From positions 67,946-131,945 of the forward strand of contig CASEUJ010000016.1 in the NCBI GenBank assembly GCA_949291125.1: 64,000 nucleotides of DNA. The letters are read 5' to 3'. The notes beneath the pieces were generated by a model. It did no database searches. It saw only the letters and a list, made by a program, of their open reading frames with translations, and was not told the DNA's origin. Shown piece by piece: positions 1 to 10,068 of the stretch (its first letter is position 1; each line of letters opens with the position of its first letter). A program made the translations under genes and the position numbers. This DNA comes from an uncultured Ruminococcus sp. GTDB lineage: Bacteria > Bacillota > Clostridia > Oscillospirales > Ruminococcaceae.

Positions 1-113
1 AGTACCTCCGTACGAAAGAATACTCGGGGAGACTACCCGATTTTTTGGATTCCATGTGACATTTCCGGCGCAACGGAAACTTGCCCGTGCCCGTACCATC
101 TACATGTAGTGTT

Positions 114-143
114 ATTGTACCACATTTGTAACCGAATTGTCAA
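114..143 (-). promoter_or_regulatory. sigma-A-type promoter firing leftward towards a gene beyond the window edge
   Basis: Minus strand TTGACA-18-TACAAT with TG extension; SD GGAGGT at 4-9 on the minus strand. Confidence 0.6.
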
Positions 144-272
144 TCCATTTCGGGAAATTACTCCCACATCGTTGCCAGATTTACAAAAAGACAAAACATT
201 CTGCCCAAACCGGAATACTGTAATTTGTGACAATCGCCGAATTTCCGGGAAATTGTGGTGGTATCCATGGAT

Positions 273-301
273 GTATAATTCAACCGCTTTTGCAGACAAT
301 A
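273..301 (+). promoter_or_regulatory. putative forespore (sigma-G-like) promoter of spoVT
   Basis: GTATA-17-GACAATA resembles the GHATA-N17/18-CAWAMTA consensus; spoVT is sigma-G dependent in B. subtilis. Confidence 0.35.
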
Positions 302-417
302 ACAGCGCTGTCAAGCTATTTGGAATATCGCAGACAGCGTGGCGAAAATTCGGGCAATCCGGTTTATCGGATGTCCGGGGATCGCACATCAAAATTAGAA
401 CATGGAGGTTCACATAG

Positions 418-957
418 ATGAAAGCAACAGGAATTGTCAGACGCATCGATGATCTTGGCAGAGTTGTCATTCCAAAGGAGATCCGCCGCACTATGCGCAT
501 TCGGGAAGGAGATCCATTAGAAATTTACACCAGCAATGATGGGGAAGTAATCTTCAAGAAATATTCTCCCATCGGAGAAATGAGCGAAAATGCGGCACAG
601 GTCGCCGAGATCATGCACCGGCTTGCCGGATGTCCGGTGGCGGTGTTTGACCGCGATCATGTAGTGTCGGTGTCCGGTGCGGCAAAGAAAGAATGGAACG
701 CCAGACGTGTATCGCCGGAACTAGAAGAGCTCATGGAAAACCGACGGCAGTTTTTTGCTGAAACTGGTTCGCCGGAGCTGAGGCCGGCAGAGGGCGTGGA
801 AAAGGGCGCTGTGGCGTGTATGCCGATCATTGCGTCCGGCGATGTAACGGGAGCAGTCGCATTTCTCGACAACGGAAATGGCGGCGCACTCAACGATAGC
901 CAGAAAAGTCTGATTCAGGCGGCCTCCCAGTTTCTGGGAAGGCAGCTCGAAGGATAA
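418..957 (+). CDS. spoVT: stage V sporulation protein T (AbrB-type N-terminal domain plus GAF-like C-terminal domain)
   Basis: MKATGIVRRIDDLGRVVIPKEIRRTMRIREGDPLEIY...KKYSPIGE; 179 aa; SD GGAGGT. Confidence 0.95.
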   Translation: MKATGIVRRIDDLGRVVIPKEIRRTMRIREGDPLEIYTSNDGEVIFKKYSPIGEMSENAAQVAEIMHRLAGCPVAVFDRDHVVSVSGAAKKEWNARRVSPELEELMENRRQFFAETGSPELRPAEGVEKGAVACMPIIASGDVTGAVAFLDNGNGGALNDSQKSLIQAASQFLGRQLEG

Positions 958-1317
958 GTGCCGCATTATTCTTGCCGGGAAAACCGCAGGGTTTGAAAGG
1001 AAACTGTTCTCTTTTAGTCTGATCATAGTATCTCCAGTCGTACGCCAACGGAAAAGGCATCGCAGCTATGGGTCAGACAAAAGGGGCAGTTTTATTATTT
1101 TTGATGCAATGGATATCACATCTGCAACGGCAGAAATAGGCCCACCGCAGCAGAATTCGATACTTCTGAATTAACAAAGACCGTTTATCTCTATTCGGTA
1201 TGACTACAGTCGAAATGCTATAACCGCTCTTAAAGGCAATGCCAATACATTTTATAATATTTTTTCTGGAATTTGCTTGCTCTGACTATGAGGGCAGTGA
1301 ACGCTTTTGCTGCTGCC

Positions 1318-1346
1318 TTGACATTTCCAGTGAAGCATGCTATGAT
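1318..1346 (+). promoter_or_regulatory. sigma-A promoter of trkAH
   Basis: TTGACA-17-TATGAT with TG extension. Confidence 0.7.
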
Positions 1347-1403
1347 AAGAACAACAGAAATTTCCGGCGTGATCCACCGGAGAATATAGGGCGGCAGGTC
1401 AAT

Positions 1404-2762
1404 ATGAATGTGGTAATTATCGGAAATGGCAAGGTCGGCAGCAATCTTTCTGCTGCACTCGTCAGCGAAGGTCATAATGTCACTGTGGTGGACAGTAGCG
1501 CACAGCGGCTTGCAAAGATTCAGAATGCACTTGATGTCATGTGCATTGAGGGAAATGGCGCAACCGTTGAGATACAACGCGAGGCATCGGTGGAAAAGGC
1601 GGGGCTTTTTATTGCGGCAACGCCCTATGATGAGCTGAACGTTCTGTGCTGTCTGGTTGCAAAGCGTCTTGGTGCGAAAAAGACGGTTTCCCGCGTGAGA
1701 ATGCCGGAATATTATCGTCAGATGGATTTGATCCGCGAGGATCTGGGTCTGTCCATGGTGATTAATCCGGAGCTTGCGACAGCCGACGAGATTGCACGTG
1801 TGCTGATTTTTCCATCTGCGGCAAAGGTTGAAGTGTTCGGCAAGGGAAAGCTTGAATTGGTCGAATATCGTCTGCCGCAGTTTGCATCCATCAGTGGTAT
1901 AAGCATTGTTCAGCTCTATCAGAAAGTTAAGACAAAGTTCTTGATCTGTGTGGTACAGCGTGGTGAAGAAATCTATATCCCCGGCGGGGACTTTGTTCTG
2001 CGGGGTGGCGATCGAATCCATATCGCAGCATCACATAAGAATATTGAACGATTTTTCCGCACATGTGGTTTTATGAAGGAGAAAATCCGATCGGTGATGA
2101 TCGTGGGCGGTGGCTGTGCATGTTATTATCTGGCAAAACAGCTGCTGCACATGGGGATGAAAGTGAAGATCATCGAAAAAGATGAATCGCGCAGTATTCA
2201 GATGGCAAAGCTTCTACCCAAGGCGATTGTGATTCAAGGCGATGGGACGGATCAGGATTTTCTGATTGAAGAGGGTGTTATGCATGTGGATGCATTCGTA
2301 TCGCTGACGGGAATTGATGAAGAAAATATGATCCTTTCTCTCTTTGCCGGGGATGCAACCAACGCCAAGGTTGTCACAAAAATTAATCGGGATAATTATG
2401 TGACACTTGCAGCACGGCTTGGGCTGGATTGCGTGATATCGCCAAAATATCTGACAACGAGTAATGTTCTCAGTTATGTGCGGTCGTTGGCCAATGCCGC
2501 AGGCAGTGAGATTGAGTCGCTCTATCACATTGTCGGCAATCAGGCTGAGGCGATCGAATTCCGTGTTCGTGAAGTTGTGCCGGGACTTGTAGGGATCCCG
2601 CTGCGTGATGTACATCTCAAGAAAAACATTTTGATCTGTGCCATTATCCGCAGGCGGGAAATCCTTACGCCGGACGGAAATGCTGCGATTGAGGTCGGCG
2701 ACCGGATTGTAGTCGTTTCTAAAGCATATCACTTTTCAAAGATCAAGGATATTCTGGAATGA
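1404..2762 (+). CDS. trkA: Trk K+ uptake NAD-binding subunit
   Basis: Two RCK/Rossmann repeats (IIGNGKVG, IVGGG); start moved to ATG 1404, downstream of the promoter. Confidence 0.93.
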   Translation: MNVVIIGNGKVGSNLSAALVSEGHNVTVVDSSAQRLAKIQNALDVMCIEGNGATVEIQREASVEKAGLFIAATPYDELNVLCCLVAKRLGAKKTVSRVRMPEYYRQMDLIREDLGLSMVINPELATADEIARVLIFPSAAKVEVFGKGKLELVEYRLPQFASISGISIVQLYQKVKTKFLICVVQRGEEIYIPGGDFVLRGGDRIHIAASHKNIERFFRTCGFMKEKIRSVMIVGGGCACYYLAKQLLHMGMKVKIIEKDESRSIQMAKLLPKAIVIQGDGTDQDFLIEEGVMHVDAFVSLTGIDEENMILSLFAGDATNAKVVTKINRDNYVTLAARLGLDCVISPKYLTTSNVLSYVRSLANAAGSEIESLYHIVGNQAEAIEFRVREVVPGLVGIPLRDVHLKKNILICAIIRRREILTPDGNAAIEVGDRIVVVSKAYHFSKIKDILE

Positions 2763-2769
2763 ACAGGGG

Positions 2770-4224
2770 ATGGATATGAATAAATGGGTCGTATTACATT
2801 ATTTGTCAAAGGCAATGTTAATTGGTTCGGTCTTGTTTGCTGTACCGGCTCTGGTGAGTTTGTGCTTTGAGGAATACCGATGTGTTTTCTCATTTTTATT
2901 GGTCGGTGCGGGTGTAGCGGTGGTGTTTGCGCCGCTTGCGATGATCCGTCGTAAACAGAAGGGGCGCATTTACACGCGTGAGAGTATGGCAATTGCAGCG
3001 CTTTTGTGGGTCGTATTCTCACTGGTGAGCGCTTTGCCGTTTTATTTCAGCGGCGTTGTGGTACACCTGTGGGACGCGATTTTTGAAAGTGTGTCTGGTT
3101 TTACGACAACTGGTGCGTCCATATTTTCTGATGTAGAGCATCTTCCGAAAGGAATCCTCTTCTGGCGGTGTTTTTCTCAATGGATCGGCGGTATGGGTGT
3201 ATTGGTATTGGCAATCGCGATCTTGCCGTCGTCGAACGATGCAATGTATCTGATGCGTGCCGAATGTGCAGGACCGAGCGTCAGTAAGATTGTACCGAAG
3301 GGAAAGAATTCGGCGGCATATCTTTATCTGATCTATGCAGGAATGACAATTGTAACGTTGGTATTACTCCGCGTCGGTGGTATGCCATTATTCGACAGTG
3401 TCTGCCATGCGCTGACCATTGCCGGAACGGGCGGCTTTAGTGTCAAGAATGCCGGACTTGCCGCATACGGCTCAGGCTATTTCGAGGGTGTGGCAACGGT
3501 AATGATGATTCTTTTCGGCGTAAATTTTAGCATGATCTATTTTTTGCTGGCGCGACGTTGGAAAGAGATCCGCCGTAATACAGAACTGAAAGTCTATTTT
3601 GGCGTTCTGGGATTCGCAGCACTGACAGTGACATGGAACATTTATCCTTATTATCAGAATATCTGGAAAAGTCTTGGCACAGCGATTTTTCAGACTGTCT
3701 CTATCATGACTTCTACCGGACTTGCGGCAGCAGATTTTAATCTTTGGCCGCTCTTCTCCCAGATCGTGCTGTTGTTCTTAATGTTTGTCGGCGGCTGTGC
3801 CGGATCGACAAGCGGCGGCTTTAAGGTGCAGCGCCTTGTGATTCTATGGAAAAGTGGGATCGTATCCTTCAAGAAAATGGTCTATCCGAATTCAGTGAAT
3901 CTGGTAAAGAGCAATGATAAAACGCTGAGCGCAGAATCTGTGCATGGTGTGATGCGCTATCTGGTGGTCTATCTGTGTATCTTCGTGGCGGCAGTTCTGC
4001 TGGTATCGCTCGACAATGCTGATTTTGGAACAACCGTAACAGCGGTTTTTTCGTGTCTGAATAACATCGGTACGGGAATTAATGAAGTTGGACCGATGGA
4101 CAACTATGTGTTCTTTTCTGACTTTTCCAAGGCGGTGTTGTCATTGGTGATGCTCTTGGGAAGATTAGAATGTCTGCCGCTTTTAATGCTGATGCTGCCA
4201 TCGGTGTGGCGCAGAGATTTCTGA
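2770..4224 (+). CDS. trkH: Trk K+ uptake membrane subunit
   Basis: FESVSGFTTTGAS, QWIGGMG, GGCAGSTSGG, LLGRLE motifs; multiple TM segments. Confidence 0.93.
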   Translation: MDMNKWVVLHYLSKAMLIGSVLFAVPALVSLCFEEYRCVFSFLLVGAGVAVVFAPLAMIRRKQKGRIYTRESMAIAALLWVVFSLVSALPFYFSGVVVHLWDAIFESVSGFTTTGASIFSDVEHLPKGILFWRCFSQWIGGMGVLVLAIAILPSSNDAMYLMRAECAGPSVSKIVPKGKNSAAYLYLIYAGMTIVTLVLLRVGGMPLFDSVCHALTIAGTGGFSVKNAGLAAYGSGYFEGVATVMMILFGVNFSMIYFLLARRWKEIRRNTELKVYFGVLGFAALTVTWNIYPYYQNIWKSLGTAIFQTVSIMTSTGLAAADFNLWPLFSQIVLLFLMFVGGCAGSTSGGFKVQRLVILWKSGIVSFKKMVYPNSVNLVKSNDKTLSAESVHGVMRYLVVYLCIFVAAVLLVSLDNADFGTTVTAVFSCLNNIGTGINEVGPMDNYVFFSDFSKAVLSLVMLLGRLECLPLLMLMLPSVWRRDF

Positions 4225-4338
4225 TGCGTACTGGATGCGCTTTGTCCATTAACGCGAAAAACGACACCTCACGATAGAAGTGCCGTTTTTCCCTCTTACT
4301 ATTCTACTCAATCTTTGAAAGATGTGCGATCCTTCGAT

Positions 4339-4569
4339 TTACTTCACAATATACTTTCCAATTGCTGCAACCAGCTCGTCTGCATCATCGGTGTGAGCCT
4401 GAAGCTTGATCGGCTTGGAAAGATCCAAGCTGAAGATACCCATGATCGACTTTGCATCAATTGCATAGCGACCGGAAACCAGATCGATATCATAGTCGAA
4501 TCGGATCACCGTGTTGACGAAATCCTTGACATCGTTAATTGCGCTCAGCTGAATTGTTGTTTCATACAT
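4339..4569 (-). CDS. HPr-family protein (has the Ser46 motif, lacks His15)
   Basis: IDAKSIMGIFSL motif; 76 aa; SD AGGAGGT; promoter TTGACA-17-TATGCT at 4710-4682. Confidence 0.85.
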   Translation of the reverse strand: MYETTIQLSAINDVKDFVNTVIRFDYDIDLVSGRYAIDAKSIMGIFSLDLSKPIKLQAHTDDADELVAAIGKYIVK

Positions 4570-4906
4570 CACAATTACCTCCTCTGGTGTCACTGAAATA
4601 TTGTAATTTGCAGAATCAAGACGAACCATTACAATGCACTCGTGCAAGACATTTGTACTTGTCTTTCTTCTGTGTATTTATAGCATACCACGAAAAATTT
4701 TCCTTGTCAAGACGCTTTTTTCAATTTCGTCGATATTGTATAAACAAGCCGAAATTATGGGCTGTTTTTTGACAGCAGCGATAAAATTTGTGTTAGGGCT
4801 ATGAAAACATTACGAAAGTGCAGAGCCTGTTTTTCACAAAACACTGGCTCTGTTACTTTATTATATTAAATCATTCTGCCGTTTGCGGCAGGGAAAGGAA
4901 CTGAAT

Positions 4907-6226
4907 TTGAAGTGTTATTTTGTCACATTCGGCTGTAAAGTCAACACCTGTGAAACTGCCGGGATGCGTGTGCTTTTGACGGAACACGGCTATGTGGTGA
5001 CAGAGAATCCGGCACAGGCTGATGTGATTATCATCAATTCCTGTACAGTTACTGCCTCAGGGGACAGCCGGCTATTTGCGGCAATGCGAAAACTCCGTCA
5101 TCGTTATCCGGACGTATGTCTGGTGCTGACAGGATGTTATCCCCAGGGCTATCCGGACGATGCAGCGTCGCTTGCATATGCCGATCTCATTGTCGGCACG
5201 AAGAACCGAAGCCGCTTGCCACAACTGCTCGATCGCTATTTTGATGGTACTGCGCCGCGTATGGCGGTGGAGGCTTATACTGGGAACGAATCATTTGAAT
5301 TGCTGCCGTGTGGTGAAATGGTGCAGAATACACGTGCTTTTTTTAAGGTACAGGATGGATGCAATTGTTTTTGCAGTTATTGCATTATCCCCTATGCTCG
5401 GGGACGTCTGCGGAGCATGCCACCGGAGCAGGTCCGTCAACACGCCATTCAATATGCCACGCAGGGTTTCCGGGAGATTGTGCTGTGCGGCATCAATCTG
5501 GGATTTTATGGGATCGAATGGGGAGAAACGCTCGCACAAGCGGCGGAGATCTGTGCGCAGACGCCGGGGATCGACCGTGTACGCTTAAGCTCCCTGGAGC
5601 CGGAACGGCTGGACAAAACGACGCTGTACCGTCTGGCGGCACTGCCGGAATTTTGTCCTCAGTTTCACCTCTCGCTGCAAAGTGGCTGTGACCGGACACT
5701 GCGCCAGATGCGTCGGCGCTATACATCGGAGCAATATGCGGAGATCTGTGCTATGATCCGCAAGGTGTTCCCAGATGCAGCAATCACTACGGACTTTATG
5801 GTAGGATTCCCTGGCGAAACGGAGGACGATTTCGCAGCGTCTTTGTCCTTTGCCGCATCTGTGGGATTTGCCGGAATGCATGTGTTTCGCTATTCGCCAC
5901 GGCCAGGGACATTGGCTGCCAAAAGTCCTGACAAAGTAACGGATAATATCAAGACAAAACGGATGCATCTGGCGCAAACTGTCGCAAAATCCGCGAAAAC
6001 GTGGTTTCTTGCTGCACAAGTGGGGAAGACAGTTCCGGTACTGTTTGAGCGAGAACGGGACGATGGATTTCACATCGGGCATGCCCCAAATGGGACGGTT
6101 GTGCGAATTTTGCAAAAAAATCTGAAAAAAAGTTTGCGTAATCAGATTTTTTATGTTAGAATAGAAGAGAGTGATGCGGATTGCTGTTACGGCGTGCCTG
6201 TAGCAGCGGACGCAAATGCGAAATAA
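4907..6226 (+). CDS. mtaB: tRNA t6A37 methylthiotransferase (MiaB-like radical SAM)
   Basis: TFGCKVN, INSCTVT, TGCY, KVQDGCNCFCSYC motifs; TTG start after AAAGGA. Confidence 0.9.
   Translation: MKCYFVTFGCKVNTCETAGMRVLLTEHGYVVTENPAQADVIIINSCTVTASGDSRLFAAMRKLRHRYPDVCLVLTGCYPQGYPDDAASLAYADLIVGTKNRSRLPQLLDRYFDGTAPRMAVEAYTGNESFELLPCGEMVQNTRAFFKVQDGCNCFCSYCIIPYARGRLRSMPPEQVRQHAIQYATQGFREIVLCGINLGFYGIEWGETLAQAAEICAQTPGIDRVRLSSLEPERLDKTTLYRLAALPEFCPQFHLSLQSGCDRTLRQMRRRYTSEQYAEICAMIRKVFPDAAITTDFMVGFPGETEDDFAASLSFAASVGFAGMHVFRYSPRPGTLAAKSPDKVTDNIKTKRMHLAQTVAKSAKTWFLAAQVGKTVPVLFERERDDGFHIGHAPNGTVVRILQKNLKKSLRNQIFYVRIEESDADCCYGVPVAADANAK
6134..6162 (+). promoter_or_regulatory. putative purL promoter inside the 3' end of mtaB
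   Basis: TTGCGT-17-TAGAAT with TG extension, preceded by two A-tracts. Confidence 0.55.
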
Positions 6227-6239
6227 AAGGAGTTTTACT

Positions 6240-9200
6240 ATGGCTGTTTTTCGTATCTATGTGGAAAAGAAACCGGAGTTTGCAGTAGAGGCACAGGCTG
6301 TGCTATCCGATCTGCAAACTGCACTGCGGCTGAATGTCACCGATGTACGGATTCTGCACCGTTATGATGCAGATCATCTGACCGAAGCGGCATTCCAGCG
6401 CGCTGTCCCCGGCGTGTTCTCAGAACCAGCGGTAGATCATATTTATAAAAATCTGCCGGAACTGGGGGAAAATCAGCGGATGTTCGCAACCGAATATCTG
6501 CCGGGTCAGTTTGACCAACGCGCAGACAGCTGTGAACAGTGCATCCAGATCCTGTTACAAGGCGATCGCTGTCGGGTGCGCACGGCAGATGTGTACATTA
6601 TCAGCGGGAACCTGACCGATGCGGAATTCTCACGGATCAAGTCCTACCTCATCAATCCGGTAGAGCGCCGGGAGGCGACGCAGGAACTTCCGGAAACTCT
6701 GGATATGAATTACGCCATCCCTACTACCGTTGAAACACTGAAAGGCTTTATCCATTTGTCCACGAATGAACTGGAACAATTCATTGCCGACTATGGTCTG
6801 GCGATGGACTTAGGAGATATCCGGTTTTGTCAGCAGTATTTCCGCGATACAGAACACCGCGATCCGACAATCACAGAAGTGCGCATGATCGATACATATT
6901 GGTCGGATCACTGTCGCCATACGACATTTCTGACGGAAATTTCTGATGTGGATATTTCTACGGATTATATCCGCGAAACTTATGACGCATACTGTACCGT
7001 GCGCCAAGAACTGGGCAGAGCAGGAAAGCCCATGACGCTGATGGATCTGGCGACGATCGCTGCGCGTAAACTCAAGGCGGATGGCAAACTGCAAGATCTG
7101 GACGAGAGCGAAGAGATCAATGCATGCTCGGTGAAGATTAAGGTAGAAGTGGGGCAAAAGGAAGAGGACTGGATCCTCATGTTCAAAAACGAGACTCACA
7201 ATCATCCGACCGAAATTGAACCCTTCGGTGGTGCGGCAACTTGTCTGGGCGGCGCCATCCGCGATCCGCTTTCGGGACGTTCTTATGTTTACCAAGCGAT
7301 GCGCGTTACCGGTGCGGCAAATCCGCTGGTACCGGTAGAAGATACCATTGCCGGCAAGCTGCCCCAGCGTAAAATCACTGTAGGTGCGGCTAAGGGCTAT
7401 AGCTCATACGGAAACCAGATCGGACTGGCAACGGGACATGTGGCAGAAGTATACCATCCGGGCTATATGGCAAAGCGCATGGAGATTGGTGCAGTGCTCG
7501 GCGCGGCACCAGCAGAAAATATCCGTAGAGAAGCACCAGTACCAGGTGATGTTGTCATTCTCCTCGGTGGTAAGACTGGACGCGATGGCTGCGGCGGTGC
7601 GACGGGATCATCCAAGTCTCATACCATTGAATCGTTGGGACACTGCGGCGCAGAGGTGCAGAAGGGAAATGCGCCGGAAGAACGCAAGCTCCAGCGTCTG
7701 TTCCGCAATCCGGTGGTGACAAAGATGATCAAGCGCTGTAATGATTTTGGTGCAGGCGGCGTTTCGGTTGCAATCGGCGAGCTGACCGATGGATTGGTCA
7801 TTGACCTCAACGCCGTGCCGAAAAAGTATGAGGGCCTGGACGGCACCGAAATCGCGATCAGTGAATCGCAAGAGCGCATGGCAGTTGTCGTTGCGGCAGA
7901 AGATGCAGAGAAGTTCATCAAAGAGGCCGGCAAAGAAAACTTAGAAGCAACAATTGTTGCAGTGGTACAGGAAAATCCGCGTTTGCAAATGAACTGGAAT
8001 GGTAACATGATCGTCGATCTGTCGCGTGAATTCTTAAATTCCAATGGCGCATCCAAGCACACCTCGATCGTGATTGAAGCACCGCAGGAAACCCCGAAGC
8101 CGTCGCTCACTGACAGCGCCGAAGCATGGACGGAGATATTGTCAGGACTCAATGTTTGTTCCCAGAAGGGGCTTGTGGAGATGTTCGACTCCACTATCGG
8201 CGCAGGAACCGTATTGATGCCCTTTGGCGGTGTCTACCAGCTTTCACCATCTCAGGCGATGGCAGCGAAGATCCCGGTGCTTGAGGGCGAAACTAACACC
8301 TGTTCTCTGATGGCATGGGGCTATCATCCGGATGCCAGCACACGCAACCCGTATCTCGGAGCAATGGATGCCGTTATCACATCCATTGCAAAGGTCGTTG
8401 CTGCCGGCGGCAGCTGGCATCACTGCTGGCTGACTTTCCAGGAATACTTTGAGCGTACTCAGAACGATCCGAAGCGTTGGGGCAAGCCCATGGCGGCGCT
8501 TCTCGGCGCATTCAAGGCACAGCTGGAGCTGTCCTGCGGCTCGATTGGCGGTAAGGATTCGATGTCGGGAACATTTGAAAATATCGATGTTCCACCGACG
8601 CTGGTTTCCTTTGCTGTGTCTACGGCAAAGGCAGACCGTGTGGTTTCCACTGAATTCAAACAGGCTGGTGACAGCGTAATTATGCTCTGCCCGGATACGG
8701 ATGCCGACGGCATCCCTGACTTTGAAAGCGTGCGCAAGACCTTTGATCGAGTGGAATCGATGATCGCCGCAGGTCGCGTGCGCGCCGCATGGGTGATCGA
8801 CTTTGGCGGCGTGGCAGAAGGCATCGCGAAAATGTGCTTCGGCAATGGCATTGGCTTTACCTTCTCGCGCCAGCTCAGTGATGCCCAGTTGTTTGAGCCG
8901 TGCTGCGGCGGATTCCTGCTTGAACTGTGCGGTGAGGCACAAGAGGGTGAGGATGTCATCGGTACTACAGCCGAAAAGCCGGAGATCGTCTGCCCGAACT
9001 ATACGTTACAGATGGACAAGCTGCTTACCGCATGGGAACGTAAATTAGAGCCAGTATTCCCCTGTCGCATCCAGATGACAACTGAAGTGCCGGAAACGCT
9101 CTCGTATCCGAGAAAGACGACACTTTCCGCTTCCATCAAGGCGGCGCAGCCCCGTGTTTTGATTCCGGTATTCCCAGGCACCAACTGCGAATACGATACC

Positions 9201-9944
9201 GCACGTGCCTTTGAACGTGCCGGCGCACGCCCTCAGGTTTTTGTCATCCGCAATCAGTCTGCGGCGGCGATGGAGGACTCTGTGACGATGTTTGCCGCTA
9301 TGGTAAAACAGGCGCAGATCATCATGATCCCCGGCGGCTTCAGCGGCGGAGACGAGCCGGAGGGCAGCGGTAAGTTTATTACGGCATTTTTCCGCAATCC
9401 GCGTATCAAGGAAGCCGTACATAGCTTGTTGCAGACACGAGATGGTCTGATGCTGGGTATCTGCAATGGCTTCCAGGCACTGGTGAAACTGGGACTCGTG
9501 CCCTTTGGTGAGATCATGGATATGACCGATGTTTCACCGACGCTGACCTTTAACACTATTGCGCGCCACCAATCGATGCTTGTCAACACTCGAATCGCAT
9601 CCAACAAGTCGCCGTGGCTCTATGGTACAGAGGTCGGCGATGTACACACGGTTGCGATTTCCCATGGAGAAGGCCGCTTTGTGGCACCACAGGAACTCCT
9701 GGCGGATCTGGCGAAAAACGGACAGATTGCAACACAGTATGTTGATTTGAATGGAAATCCGTCTATGGACATTCACTTTAATCCGAATACTTCCATGATG
9801 GCAATCGAAGGAATCACCTCTCCGGATGGCAGAGTCTTTGGTAAGATGGGTCACAGTGAACGCATCGGACAGAACCTCTACCGCAATGTACCGGGAGAAA
9901 AAGATCAGAAGCTGTTTGAAAGTGGCGTGGCATATTTCCAATAA
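6240..9944 (+). CDS. purL: phosphoribosylformylglycinamidine synthase, large single-chain form with glutaminase domain
   Basis: WSDHCRHTTF, ETHNHPTEIEPFGGAATC, DFGAGG, FPGTNCE, GICNGFQ, MGHSER. Confidence 0.96.
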   Translation: MAVFRIYVEKKPEFAVEAQAVLSDLQTALRLNVTDVRILHRYDADHLTEAAFQRAVPGVFSEPAVDHIYKNLPELGENQRMFATEYLPGQFDQRADSCEQCIQILLQGDRCRVRTADVYIISGNLTDAEFSRIKSYLINPVERREATQELPETLDMNYAIPTTVETLKGFIHLSTNELEQFIADYGLAMDLGDIRFCQQYFRDTEHRDPTITEVRMIDTYWSDHCRHTTFLTEISDVDISTDYIRETYDAYCTVRQELGRAGKPMTLMDLATIAARKLKADGKLQDLDESEEINACSVKIKVEVGQKEEDWILMFKNETHNHPTEIEPFGGAATCLGGAIRDPLSGRSYVYQAMRVTGAANPLVPVEDTIAGKLPQRKITVGAAKGYSSYGNQIGLATGHVAEVYHPGYMAKRMEIGAVLGAAPAENIRREAPVPGDVVILLGGKTGRDGCGGATGSSKSHTIESLGHCGAEVQKGNAPEERKLQRLFRNPVVTKMIKRCNDFGAGGVSVAIGELTDGLVIDLNAVPKKYEGLDGTEIAISESQERMAVVVAAEDAEKFIKEAGKENLEATIVAVVQENPRLQMNWNGNMIVDLSREFLNSNGASKHTSIVIEAPQETPKPSLTDSAEAWTEILSGLNVCSQKGLVEMFDSTIGAGTVLMPFGGVYQLSPSQAMAAKIPVLEGETNTCSLMAWGYHPDASTRNPYLGAMDAVITSIAKVVAAGGSWHHCWLTFQEYFERTQNDPKRWGKPMAALLGAFKAQLELSCGSIGGKDSMSGTFENIDVPPTLVSFAVSTAKADRVVSTEFKQAGDSVIMLCPDTDADGIPDFESVRKTFDRVESMIAAGRVRAAWVIDFGGVAEGIAKMCFGNGIGFTFSRQLSDAQLFEPCCGGFLLELCGEAQEGEDVIGTTAEKPEIVCPNYTLQMDKLLTAWERKLEPVFPCRIQMTTEVPETLSYPRKTTLSASIKAAQPRVLIPVFPGTNCEYDTARAFERAGARPQVFVIRNQSAAAMEDSVTMFAAMVKQAQIIMIPGGFSGGDEPEGSGKFITAFFRNPRIKEAVHSLLQTRDGLMLGICNGFQALVKLGLVPFGEIMDMTDVSPTLTFNTIARHQSMLVNTRIASNKSPWLYGTEVGDVHTVAISHGEGRFVAPQELLADLAKNGQIATQYVDLNGNPSMDIHFNPNTSMMAIEGITSPDGRVFGKMGHSERIGQNLYRNVPGEKDQKLFESGVAYFQ

Positions 9945-10068
9945 TGCCATCGCATAAAATCTGCCCAGATCGCATGCTATAAAATGAAAAACCACGCAGA
10001 ATCGGGAAATGAACCGTGTTCTGCGTGGTTTGCTTTTACTCGAAATTGTTCTTATCACAGGCGTTTCA

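Noticed and set aside
960-1403. c-di-AMP (ydaO) riboswitch upstream of trkAH
   Set aside because: No ydaO consensus seen, and the promoter at 1318-1346 leaves only a ~50-nt UTR
1239-1403. N-terminal extensions in the ORF track (trkA, also pyrB, pdxS, GH26, yfhO, Sel1, vanS)
   Set aside because: They run through promoter or SD sequences or the upstream gene; downstream starts have SDs or match the family N-termini
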